From Saprospiraceae bacterium (GTDB taxonomy: Bacteria; Bacteroidota; Bacteroidia; Chitinophagales; Saprospiraceae), in assembly GCA_020628645.1 (NCBI GenBank), contig JAHDES010000017.1, positions 24,570 to 88,569 on the forward strand: a stretch of 64,000 nucleotides of DNA, in the 5' to 3' direction. A model generated the notes under the pieces. That model saw nothing but the letters and a program-made list of their open reading frames with translations, was not told the origin of the DNA and searched no databases. How positions within the stretch are numbered: position 1 is the first letter of the stretch; every line of letters begins with the position of its first letter. A program made the translations under genes and the position numbers. Shown here piece by piece: positions 1-9,186 of the stretch.

Positions 1-310
1 GAAGTCACCGAAGTATTAAAGTGGGTTTCTAATTGCATTTTTTTTGCACAATCTACGTAATAAGCAGCTAAATCTTCTCTAGGAATATATTGAGGAAAAC
101 TGTCATCAAAAGGGAAATGAGGTAAGGCAGAATATTCTTTTACCGTATGCAAGTGTAAACGATCATAATGCTGATGCCAAGTTGGTGCAACGGTGGAAGC
201 TTGCTCTATGATTTCGAAATCAATATTGGCTTGACGAAATCGACTTGCGACTGCCAATCCCGCTGGGCCAGCGCCAATAATCACATTTGGAGATTGAATG
301 ATGGGCATAT
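1..310 (-). CDS. FAD/NAD(P)-binding oxidoreductase (flavin monooxygenase-like), N-terminal fragment. The gene runs off the window start.
   Basis: The reverse strand reads MPIIQSPNVIIGAGPAGLAVASRF... with a GxGxxG dinucleotide-binding motif directly after the start codon. The ORF is still open at position 1. Confidence 0.5.
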
Positions 311-454
311 TTTTTCAAATCAAATAATAGAAAAATGAGTAATCATAAGACGACTGATAGTTGGCTCACGATAGTAATTTTAAAATACGAAAAGGGAAGA
401 AGATGATTCTCCTTCCCTTTCCAAAAATAGATAAAATTTATTATCTCAGATTGT

Positions 455-1906
455 TTAAAACCATTTAATACTGAGATCAATTAATTTTTGTTTGAGTCCT
501 GTATAAGGTGGCATCATCAATTCTAAAGCACTCATCGGTGACCATTGTTTCATGACTCCTTTAGAATCAGAAAATGCTTCAAATCCAAAAAAGCCATGAC
601 TATTTCCAATTCCACTATTATTAGCTCCACCAAATGGTAAATTACCGTTAAAGAAATGCACTGCACTGTGATTAATCACCGCCGCTCCTGATCGCGTTTC
701 GTCAATGACCTTTTTCTGATTTTTTCGGCTACTACTATACATGTATAAAGCGAGTGGTTTTTCACCAGCATTAATATAATCAATGACTTCTTGAATATTT
801 TTATAGGTCAAAATCGGAAGAATAGGACCAAAGATTTCGTTGGTCATTACTGCCGAATCTTTAGAAACATTCGTCAATAAAGTTGGTGCAATATAATCTT
901 GCGTATCATCTATTTTTCCACCCATTTCTACTTTCGCTCCTTTTTCAATAGCATCTTCCAAATAATTTTTTAATCGACCAAAATGACGGGTGTTGACAAT
1001 TCGACAATAGGCATCCGAATCGGCAGCATTAGAAGAATAAAACGCTTCTGTCGTTTCCTTAAATTTCTTTACAAACTCATCCAATTTACTTTCATGAACA
1101 AAAGCATAATCAGGTGCGATACAAATCTGCCCATTGTTTGCCATTTTTGCCCAAACGATTCGTTTTATGACTCGATTGATATTTGCAGTTTCATCAATAA
1201 TGGTTGGAGATTTACCACCTAATTCTAGTGTGACAGATGCCAAATGATTGGCGGCTGCACGCATTACAATTTTACCTATAGCAGGTGCTCCCGTGAAAAA
1301 TACATGATTAAAAGGCATTTCCAATAAAGCGGTAGAAGTTTCTACAGCACCTTCTACAACAGCTACTTCATTTTTATCGAATAATTGTTCAACTACTTTT
1401 TTAATTAAAGCAGAAGAATGTGGTGTGTTTTCAGAAGGTTTCACCATCACACAATTCCCCGCAGCAATGGCTGAAATTAATGGGCAAAAGGTCAAATTAA
1501 ATGGAAAATTCCAAGGCGAAATGATTAAAGCATTTCCTTTAGGCTCATATCGAATGTAAGAGCTTGAGCCTAACAAAGCCATAGGGGTACTCACTTTTCG
1601 ATCCCGCATCCAGTTGCGCAAGTGCGATATATTATGCTTAATCTCATTGGTAATAGCATAGGTTTCCGTTAAATCAACTTCACTCGGATTTTTTCTAAAA
1701 TCTTTATACGCTGCTTCTCGAATGGCTTCTTTATTCGCTAAAATGAGTTGATGTAGCTTTTTAAGCTTTGCAATACGTTGAGATGCCGTTGTATTAGCTA
1801 CAGCCTGAAGATTAGCTTTTTGTTGATTGAAAATTTGAGTGATCGTTTCGCGTTGTTGATTAATATCTAATGCAATTGCCGTCATGATGTAGAATTTAGT
1901 AGTCAA
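455..1906 (-). CDS. NAD(P)+ aldehyde dehydrogenase (ALDH superfamily, class-3-like)
   Basis: 483 aa. The ALDH catalytic Glu motif LELGGKSP and the Cys motif NNGQICIAPDY are present, with FGGANNSGIGNSHG near the C-terminus. Confidence 0.9.
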   Translation of the reverse strand: MTTKFYIMTAIALDINQQRETITQIFNQQKANLQAVANTTASQRIAKLKKLHQLILANKEAIREAAYKDFRKNPSEVDLTETYAITNEIKHNISHLRNWMRDRKVSTPMALLGSSSYIRYEPKGNALIISPWNFPFNLTFCPLISAIAAGNCVMVKPSENTPHSSALIKKVVEQLFDKNEVAVVEGAVETSTALLEMPFNHVFFTGAPAIGKIVMRAAANHLASVTLELGGKSPTIIDETANINRVIKRIVWAKMANNGQICIAPDYAFVHESKLDEFVKKFKETTEAFYSSNAADSDAYCRIVNTRHFGRLKNYLEDAIEKGAKVEMGGKIDDTQDYIAPTLLTNVSKDSAVMTNEIFGPILPILTYKNIQEVIDYINAGEKPLALYMYSSSRKNQKKVIDETRSGAAVINHSAVHFFNGNLPFGGANNSGIGNSHGFFGFEAFSDSKGVMKQWSPMSALELMMPPYTGLKQKLIDLSIKWF

Positions 1907-2144
1907 ATAAAGTCTTAGGTGAGCTTCTAGTTCTTAAAAATACGATTCTTATGGCGTATTTCAAAAAATATAGAATTTTGATCTTTTTAATACTTGTCAA
2001 AAAGTAACTTCCCTCACAAAATTTCTCCAATTAGTTTAAGAAAACTCATTACCCTCGACCTATCGGTTTCCCTTCCTCTGGACTAGCAATCGTTTATCTT
2101 CTCACTATTTGAAGAAAATCGGAAAGTAATTATTTGACGGTTAA

Positions 2145-2870
2145 TTAACGTCCGTTCATAAACAATTGTTTAATCGAAAATAAGTGAATCGCTACTGCAA
2201 AGGGGACAATAAATCCAGGAATCCAAATAAATGGGAAATCTCCGATTATAGCAGTACTTGGCTCATTATGAAAATAGCGGAGCGGAGATGGGGTAGAAAC
2301 AGTAGCGATTAATACCACATTAAGTAGTAACGCTAATCCTGAGATATTCCAAAGAATGGCTGCTTTTTGCTGTCGTCGCCCTTTCCAAAAGAAAAAATAA
2401 CCTGCCATCAAAGCTGTAATTCCTATTAAAATATCCATGTTCAATCCCTCAAAAGTCATTTGAAAGGGAAGAAACCCTCCTAGAAAACACATCCATAAAT
2501 ACAACTCCATAGGAATGCGAAATACCTGCACTACAATCAGCCATTTCTCAGGTATTGCTTTCAATAACAACTGAAAGACTCGGTTTCGCATTAAAATAAC
2601 ACTCAATACAATAGGAGGAAGCATCGCGAGCGCAATACGAGGAGGTAATACATCAAAATTGCTAAAGAAACCTCGGACGGCTAATAATCCAATAATTAAC
2701 AACCAACAAAGCAAGCCTAAGCCTGTAAATTTTACGATAATTCGGCGTTGTTCTTCAATAATACGAATTCGGCGGAGAGCATAATTTAAGCCCAAAAGGG
2801 TGAGAAGAATTAAACCAATAACTATACCCGTTGTAGCTAATTGCGCGAGGATATAGATGGTGTTATTCAT
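2145..2870 (-). CDS. Polytopic membrane protein, unknown function
   Basis: 241 aa, with six or seven hydrophobic segments, and no catalytic motif I can recognise. Confidence 0.45.
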   Translation of the reverse strand: MNNTIYILAQLATTGIVIGLILLTLLGLNYALRRIRIIEEQRRIIVKFTGLGLLCWLLIIGLLAVRGFFSNFDVLPPRIALAMLPPIVLSVILMRNRVFQLLLKAIPEKWLIVVQVFRIPMELYLWMCFLGGFLPFQMTFEGLNMDILIGITALMAGYFFFWKGRRQQKAAILWNISGLALLLNVVLIATVSTPSPLRYFHNEPSTAIIGDFPFIWIPGFIVPFAVAIHLFSIKQLFMNGR

Positions 2871-3071
2871 TTAAATTATTTGTATCATCGGACGATTCCA
2901 AGTCGTACTATGATTAGATTGATTATTTTTAAAGGCTACATGAACGGACATATAGACTTGGGGACTTATTACTTAGGACTTTATTTCCTTTGAATCTGAA
3001 TTATAGCTTTTTTTGTCCCTAAATTAATGTGTCTATTCAGCTACATTTTAGCTGTTGATACAGTTTTATTT

Positions 3072-5144
3072 TCAATAGTTTAATAAATTTTCTATTGCGT
3101 TTTTGACTTTTTCCGTAGAAGGAATCATAGTTTTTTCTAGCGTTTCATGCAATGGAATGGCTGGCATATTTTCTGCTCCCATGGTTCGAACAGGTGCATC
3201 CAAATAGCGGAAACAGTTTTCTTGAATACGAGCCGCTACGCTTTGTGCAAAACTGCTATTGACCGACTCTTCTGTTACCACCAAACATCGTCCATGTTTT
3301 TGTACAACTTCGTATATCAATGCTTCATCTAACGGATAAAGCGTTCGTAAATCTACAATTTCTATTTGACCTTCAAAGGATTTTGCGGCATTTAATGCCC
3401 AATGAACTCCCATTCCATAGGTGACTACTGCTAAAGAAGTTCCTTTACGAATTCCTTCTTCATTTGCAGAAAGTGCTATTCGCCCTTTTCCAAAAGGCAA
3501 AATATAATCTTCACTTGGTTCTATTGTACGAGCTGCATCAGTTCCTTTAACTTTTGACCAATATAAACCTTTGTGTTCAAAAATGACTACAGGATTTGGA
3601 TCGTAATAAGCTGCCTTCATCAAGCCTTTTAAATCTGCACCATTACTTGGATATGCAATTTTAATTCCTCGAATATTCGTCACCACTGATTCTACACTGG
3701 AAGAATGGTAAGGACCACCACTTCCATAAGCACCAATTGGCACTCTTAAAATCATACTCACAGGGAATTTCCCATTGGACAAATAACAAGAGCGACTTAC
3801 TTCTGTAAATAACTGATTTAAACCTGGCCAGATATAATCTGCAAATTGTACTTCCACAATTGGTTTTAAGCCCACAGCACTCATTCCTACTGTACTTCCA
3901 ATAATAAACGCTTCTTGAATAGGTGTATTGAAGACACGTTCGTCTCCAAACTTCTGTGCCAATGTAGCTGCTTCTCGAAATACGCCTCCTAAACGTCCAC
4001 CTACATCTTGTCCATAAAACAAACATTCTGGGTGTTTACGCATAATTTCTTCTACTGCTAATAAAGCACAATCGACCATGACTTTTTCATCCTTATCAGA
4101 AGGGCTTCGCTCTCCTTCTTCAGTGATAACTGGAGTAGGAGCAAAATCATGCGTAAATAAATCTTCTGGTGTAGGTTCCTCAGCTTTTAAAGCACGTTCA
4201 AAATCGGTTCGAACGATTTTTCTGGCTTCTTTTTCTATTTTCTTGATTTCTTTTTCAGAAAACCCATTATCTAATAATTGCTTTCGTAGAACAGGATATG
4301 GATCACGAGATTGATGTTCTTCTAAGTCATCTCGATACCATTCTTTTCGTACCCCAGATGTATGATGATTTAAAAGGGGGACTTTGGCGTGTACTAAAAA
4401 TGGACGGCGTTCTTTTCGGATGATTTGAATCACCTTTTGGAGACTTAAATACGATTGGATAAAATTACTCCCATCTATTGTAATAGCTTCCAGTCCCTTG
4501 AAACCTTCTGCATATTCCGCTGCATTTTGTGCTCGAATTTCGTCTGCACTTGCTGAAATATCCCATTCATTATCCTGCACCAAATATAAAATTGGTAATT
4601 GTTTTAAGGCTGCTATTTGAAAAGCCTCTGCAACTTCTCCTTCTGTAATGGAAGCATCTCCGAGTGAACAAACAACTACTGGATGATCTTCGCTATAATC
4701 TTCTATCAAACCCATTTTCTCTTTGTATTGAATGCCCATCGCTAAACCTGTCATTGGGATAGCTTGCATTCCCGTAGCACTTGATTGATGCGGAATTTTT
4801 GGTTTATCATCATCTCTTAAAGAAGGGTGAGCATAATAAGAGCGTCCGCCCGAAAAAGGATCATCACGTTTGGCTAATAATTGAAGCATTAAATGATAAG
4901 GTTCCATTCCAATCCCTAAGATCATCGCATCATCCCGATAATAAGGCCCTACCCAATCTTGAGGCAATAATTGCATCCCGAGCGCTAACTGAATGGCTTC
5001 ATGTCCCCGAGAAGTAGCGTGTACATATTTAGAGACTACTTTGAAATTATCCTCGTATAATTCCGTCATCGACTTTGCCATCACCATTTTCTGGAAGGCA
5101 GTAGCTAGAATGGTTTTGGCAATCATGGCAGGCGCATCTATCAT
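3072..5144 (-). CDS. Thiamine-diphosphate-dependent 2-oxoacid dehydrogenase E1 component, fused alpha/beta subunits
   Basis: 690 aa. The N-terminal half carries the TPP-binding GDASITEGEVAEAFQIAALKQLPILYLVQDNEW motif (E1 alpha). The C-terminal half resembles the transketolase-like E1 beta subunit. Fused E1 genes of this size are typical of Bacteroidetes. Confidence 0.85.
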   Translation of the reverse strand: MIDAPAMIAKTILATAFQKMVMAKSMTELYEDNFKVVSKYVHATSRGHEAIQLALGMQLLPQDWVGPYYRDDAMILGIGMEPYHLMLQLLAKRDDPFSGGRSYYAHPSLRDDDKPKIPHQSSATGMQAIPMTGLAMGIQYKEKMGLIEDYSEDHPVVVCSLGDASITEGEVAEAFQIAALKQLPILYLVQDNEWDISASADEIRAQNAAEYAEGFKGLEAITIDGSNFIQSYLSLQKVIQIIRKERRPFLVHAKVPLLNHHTSGVRKEWYRDDLEEHQSRDPYPVLRKQLLDNGFSEKEIKKIEKEARKIVRTDFERALKAEEPTPEDLFTHDFAPTPVITEEGERSPSDKDEKVMVDCALLAVEEIMRKHPECLFYGQDVGGRLGGVFREAATLAQKFGDERVFNTPIQEAFIIGSTVGMSAVGLKPIVEVQFADYIWPGLNQLFTEVSRSCYLSNGKFPVSMILRVPIGAYGSGGPYHSSSVESVVTNIRGIKIAYPSNGADLKGLMKAAYYDPNPVVIFEHKGLYWSKVKGTDAARTIEPSEDYILPFGKGRIALSANEEGIRKGTSLAVVTYGMGVHWALNAAKSFEGQIEIVDLRTLYPLDEALIYEVVQKHGRCLVVTEESVNSSFAQSVAARIQENCFRYLDAPVRTMGAENMPAIPLHETLEKTMIPSTEKVKNAIENLLNY

Positions 5145-5280
5145 AGAAAAATTGGTTAGGTATAGGAGTTTTATTGGAATTGCCGTTTCTCATAAAAAAC
5201 GAACGATTGTTCGTAAAGTTCGTCATTTTTAAGGAGGATTAAAAGGTTATGAAGTAGAGATTTCTAATTATATTCTAGGA

Positions 5281-6270
5281 TTAAGCTAATTCTGCTGGAA
5301 TAATGTTCACCTTTCCTAGTTTCCCTGCACGAAGTATACTTAATTTTGCTTCTTTCCCTATTGTCGTCTCATCTAAAATACGATGTAAATCATCAATAGA
5401 ATGTATGGCTTGATCGTTAAATTGGATGATAATATCTCCTTTTTGTAAAGCCGTATTATAAGCTGCTCCATCTGGTTCTACTCCTTGAATTAAAACAGCA
5501 GAGCGTTTTGCCAATTGATATTTTTGTTGAGTTCTAGGGTTTAAAGGAATGGTTTGTCCACTGATCCCGATATAAGCACGTTTCACCTTACCATCCATAA
5601 TTAATTTGCTGACGACATATTCCGCCAAATTAGAAGCTACTGCAAAACAAATTCCCTGAGCAGTTTGAATAATAGCTGTATTGACGCCAATGACTTCGCC
5701 ATGAGAATTCACCAATGGCCCACCAGAATTTCCAGGATTGAGGGCTGCATCTGTTTGAATTACATTATCAATTAAACGTCCAGAATTAGAGCGAAGGGTA
5801 CGTCCTAAAGCACTCACCACTCCCGCTGTTACGGAATATTGAAAGCCATAAGGATTTCCTACAGCAACGGCAATTTGTCCAACTTGCAAGGTATCTGAGT
5901 TGCCAAAACTTATGGTGGATAGATGGTCTGAATCTATTTGAATGACTGCTAAATCTGTTGCAGGGTCATCTCCGATCAAACGCGCTAGAAATTGTCTCCC
6001 ATCCTGAAGCATCACTTCGATCTTATTCGCTTGATGAATTACATGACTATTTGTTACGATAAAACCATCTGTGGAGATAATGAAGCCAGAACCCGTACCG
6101 AATGCTTGTTGAGAGCGACGATTTCGGCTTCTTCTATTTTGTTGTTGCTTACTTGCTTTTATTTGTACAACGGCATCACTTACTTTTTTTGCAACACCAA
6201 CTATCGTTTTAGAATAGGCATCTAATAAAGGAGCTTCTTGTTCGATTATATTATTATTTGGATGATCCAT
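5281..6270 (-). CDS. HtrA/DegP-family trypsin-like serine protease with a C-terminal PDZ domain
   Basis: Catalytic triad contexts TNSHVI (His), DLAVIQI (Asp) and GNSGGPLVN (Ser) are present. A PDZ-like C-terminal region follows. Confidence 0.85.
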   Translation of the reverse strand: MDHPNNNIIEQEAPLLDAYSKTIVGVAKKVSDAVVQIKASKQQQNRRSRNRRSQQAFGTGSGFIISTDGFIVTNSHVIHQANKIEVMLQDGRQFLARLIGDDPATDLAVIQIDSDHLSTISFGNSDTLQVGQIAVAVGNPYGFQYSVTAGVVSALGRTLRSNSGRLIDNVIQTDAALNPGNSGGPLVNSHGEVIGVNTAIIQTAQGICFAVASNLAEYVVSKLIMDGKVKRAYIGISGQTIPLNPRTQQKYQLAKRSAVLIQGVEPDGAAYNTALQKGDIIIQFNDQAIHSIDDLHRILDETTIGKEAKLSILRAGKLGKVNIIPAELA

Positions 6271-6458
6271 ATTTTTTTAAAATTTATATGATGTGATAGT
6301 ATCAATGCCATTTTTGTTCCAATTTATGAGATAAGTCGTTTCGGCATAAGTTGTGAAAAAGGGCTAGCAATTTGGCAGTTAAAAGGTTAATTATTTTATA
6401 AATGATAGAGTAGTCTTGTGAAATTTTAGCTAGTTTGGCAGATCAATCAATCTAACAA

Positions 6459-7589
6459 ATGAAGCAATTTATTTTATTCATAGGGATATTTACTGCATTT
6501 CATATTGCACTTTTTGCACAAACAGATAGCCTTCCTACTATAGATTTATTATTTGTGGGCGATATTATGGGACATGGGCCACAGATTCGATCTGCTGAGA
6601 TTGTTAAAGACAAAGTGTATGATTATGATCCTTGTTTTAAATACGTAAAATCCATCATTCAAGAAGCAGATTTAGCTATTGGAAATCTAGAAGTTACGCT
6701 CCCAGGCAAAGCTCCCTATCAAGGCTATCCTCAATTTCGTTCTCCCGATGATTTAGCTACAGCACTTTATCATGCTGGTTTCGATCTATTAGTTACGGCT
6801 AATAATCATTCAAATGATGCTCGAAAAGAAGGCGTTTTGAATACTATCGCAACCTTGGAAGCGAATGGCTTTTATCAAACAGGTACTTTTCGAAATCAAG
6901 CTGAACGGGATTTGTATTATCCCCTTTTGGTATATAAGAACGGATTTAAACTCGCTTTTTTGAATTATACTTATGATACCAATAAAATTCCTACCACTCC
7001 TCCAACAATTGTCAATGAGATTGACGAAGATTTAATTGAAAAAGACATGAAATTGGCAAAAGACCTAAATCCTGATGCCATCATTGTATTGATGCATTGG
7101 GGGAGTGAATATCATTTAGAAGAAAGTAAAAAACAACAACGATTAGCAGATAAGATTTTTCGTTGGGGAGCAGATTTAATCGTTGGAGCTCATCCACATG
7201 TGATTCAGCCTATCAAAGAGTATACTTATCCTACATCAGATACCACTTCTAGAGCTGTTGTGATTCCTTATTCTTTGGGAAATTTCATTTCCAATCAAAA
7301 GAAACCAAATACAGATGGAGGACTCATTTTTGAAGTAACATTACGAAAGAAAAAAGAGGGAGGAATTGAAATTCAAGATCATCATTATATTCCTGTTTGG
7401 AGATATATTCACCGACCCAAAAAAGGAAAAAGAACCTATTATTGTTTGCCTATATCCGTATTTGAACAAGATAATTCTATTCTTGAATTACCAGAAGAAG
7501 ATCGAGATAAAATGAATGATTTTGCAAAACGAATGCGGAAGCACCTCAATAAATATAAAGGAATAGAAAGAAAGGTAAGTTTACAATAA
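6459..7589 (+). CDS. CapA/PgsA-family metallophosphoesterase (capsule / poly-gamma-glutamate-type biosynthesis protein)
   Basis: Signal peptide, then the LLFVGDIMGHG and TANNHSND metallophosphatase motifs characteristic of CapA. Confidence 0.7.
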   Translation: MKQFILFIGIFTAFHIALFAQTDSLPTIDLLFVGDIMGHGPQIRSAEIVKDKVYDYDPCFKYVKSIIQEADLAIGNLEVTLPGKAPYQGYPQFRSPDDLATALYHAGFDLLVTANNHSNDARKEGVLNTIATLEANGFYQTGTFRNQAERDLYYPLLVYKNGFKLAFLNYTYDTNKIPTTPPTIVNEIDEDLIEKDMKLAKDLNPDAIIVLMHWGSEYHLEESKKQQRLADKIFRWGADLIVGAHPHVIQPIKEYTYPTSDTTSRAVVIPYSLGNFISNQKKPNTDGGLIFEVTLRKKKEGGIEIQDHHYIPVWRYIHRPKKGKRTYYCLPISVFEQDNSILELPEEDRDKMNDFAKRMRKHLNKYKGIERKVSLQ

Positions 7590-7638
7590 AAAATGTTACT
7601 AATCGTCGGACGACTTCAAGTCGTGCAACGATCCAATA

Positions 7639-8862
7639 CTATTTGAATGATTGTTTAGCAGCTTTCATCGGGATACCAATACATTGTTTTTCCATGTAGG
7701 AGAGCATACGATCTACTAATTGACGGGTATCATCATCTAGCAATTCTACTTCTTTTTTGAAGATTTCATTCATTGCTTTTGATTTAACCGCTTTTATCTG
7801 GATAGGCACCTCTTTCATTGCACGTTCGATGAGACGTTCTTGATATAATTCCTTAAAGGTCTCCAATCTTATATGTAGCAATTCTTTTACCCGTGCTACT
7901 TCTCGCTCTCGGAACGCTTTATTTTCGTCTGCCAATGTTCGTAAACCTTCAATTTCAATATAGTGCATCGAATTTGCTGCTACAACCTCTAAAGCAACAT
8001 TATTTGGAAGAGATAAGTCTACCACTACTTTTTTATCGGTATCACCGCCTAGTAGTTTTTGATATAAATCGGGTGTGATAATTGCCGAAGTTGCGCCTGT
8101 ACAAACGATGAGTCCATCAAATCCTTTTTGATAATTTTGAAGGGCATCAAGGGTGTAGGCTTCTCCTTCTAAAAGATTGGCTAATTGCTGCGCACGCCCT
8201 ATACTTCGATTGAAGATGTTTACATTGGTAAATTGATGCTTCTTTAAAAATTTAGCGACAAGACTATTAGTTTGCCCTGCCCCAATCATCAAAATACGAG
8301 CATCTTTCGGAAGATTCGTTTTTAACAATTGTTGAATAGCAAGAGAAACAACTGAAACTGGTTTTTCTCCAATACGCGTATTGGCATAAGCTTCTTTAGC
8401 AGCTTCAACGGTTAATTTGATGGCAAGACGAATATTATCTCCTGTTAATTTCCAATCTAAACTTTGTTGATAGGCTTCTCGTATTTGACGAAGAATTTCT
8501 CGTTCTCCTATCACCATAGAATCAGTCGAAGCAGCCACCTCAAAGAGATGCTGAATCGCTTGTTCATTTTCATATTGTGAAATGGTAGAAGGGAGATTCT
8601 GTGCTTCAAGTTCCAGCGCAGGATTAATACAATTGAAAAAATCGGCAGTAAAAGAAGTATCTACATCTTGCTTAGTATACAATAAATACATTGCTCGATT
8701 GCAAGTAGAAAGATACATTAACTCATCTATCTGAAATTGCTTTTTTAGCTCTAAAAGCTGTTGCTGTACATCATGCGTTCCATCTTTTACTACATAATGA
8801 CTAATCTCTTTAAGAGAAGCATTCTTATGTGTGATGGTTAATATTTTATATCCTTTTAGCAT
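7639..8862 (-). CDS. hemA: Glutamyl-tRNA reductase. The start was moved to the internal Met (MLKGYKILTITHKNASLKEI); the 22-codon upstream extension in the ORF track is not conserved HemA sequence.
   Basis: Conserved active-site LSTCNR motif and the NADPH-binding MIGAGQT motif. Typical HemA length of about 407 aa from the internal Met. Confidence 0.85.
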   Translation of the reverse strand: MLKGYKILTITHKNASLKEISHYVVKDGTHDVQQQLLELKKQFQIDELMYLSTCNRAMYLLYTKQDVDTSFTADFFNCINPALELEAQNLPSTISQYENEQAIQHLFEVAASTDSMVIGEREILRQIREAYQQSLDWKLTGDNIRLAIKLTVEAAKEAYANTRIGEKPVSVVSLAIQQLLKTNLPKDARILMIGAGQTNSLVAKFLKKHQFTNVNIFNRSIGRAQQLANLLEGEAYTLDALQNYQKGFDGLIVCTGATSAIITPDLYQKLLGGDTDKKVVVDLSLPNNVALEVVAANSMHYIEIEGLRTLADENKAFREREVARVKELLHIRLETFKELYQERLIERAMKEVPIQIKAVKSKAMNEIFKKEVELLDDDTRQLVDRMLSYMEKQCIGIPMKAAKQSFK

Positions 8863-9186
8863 GAATTGACAGTAGGTAGAAAATGTATTTGTTTGTTTAA
8901 AAAAAAGATGTAGTTTAATACTAACCACAAAATTAGCTCTTAAAGTCTGTTATTATGTCAAAATTCTGTAAACAAGAAATTTAAAAGAAATTTGATTAGC
9001 CTTAACGAGAAAAAGAATACAAATTTTAGGTGAATGCCATCAAATTGACAATTTTTACGTATAAAAAAGGAGAACTTACCGTTTTGAGTATATCAATTTT
9101 GACTGCTTTGAATTATATGATTTTATAAATGTAGAACACATTTTGGCTAAATGCTGTTTATTGTTCTTTATCCTAACTCAATCTCA

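Noticed and set aside
983-1222. 79-aa + strand ORF inside the aldehyde dehydrogenase gene. Dozens of similar 60-110-aa ORFs sit antisense to or out of frame within long genes (e.g. 3147-3332, 3661-4026, 4078-4314, 10766-11150, 15571-16146, 17244-17821, 32186-32896, 36982-37275, 42412-43137, 49872-50903, 58255-60737).
   Set aside because: Each lies entirely within a much longer ORF that has strong family motifs. They are low-complexity, and they are what random open frames in AT-rich DNA are expected to give. None has its own signal or ribosome-binding context.
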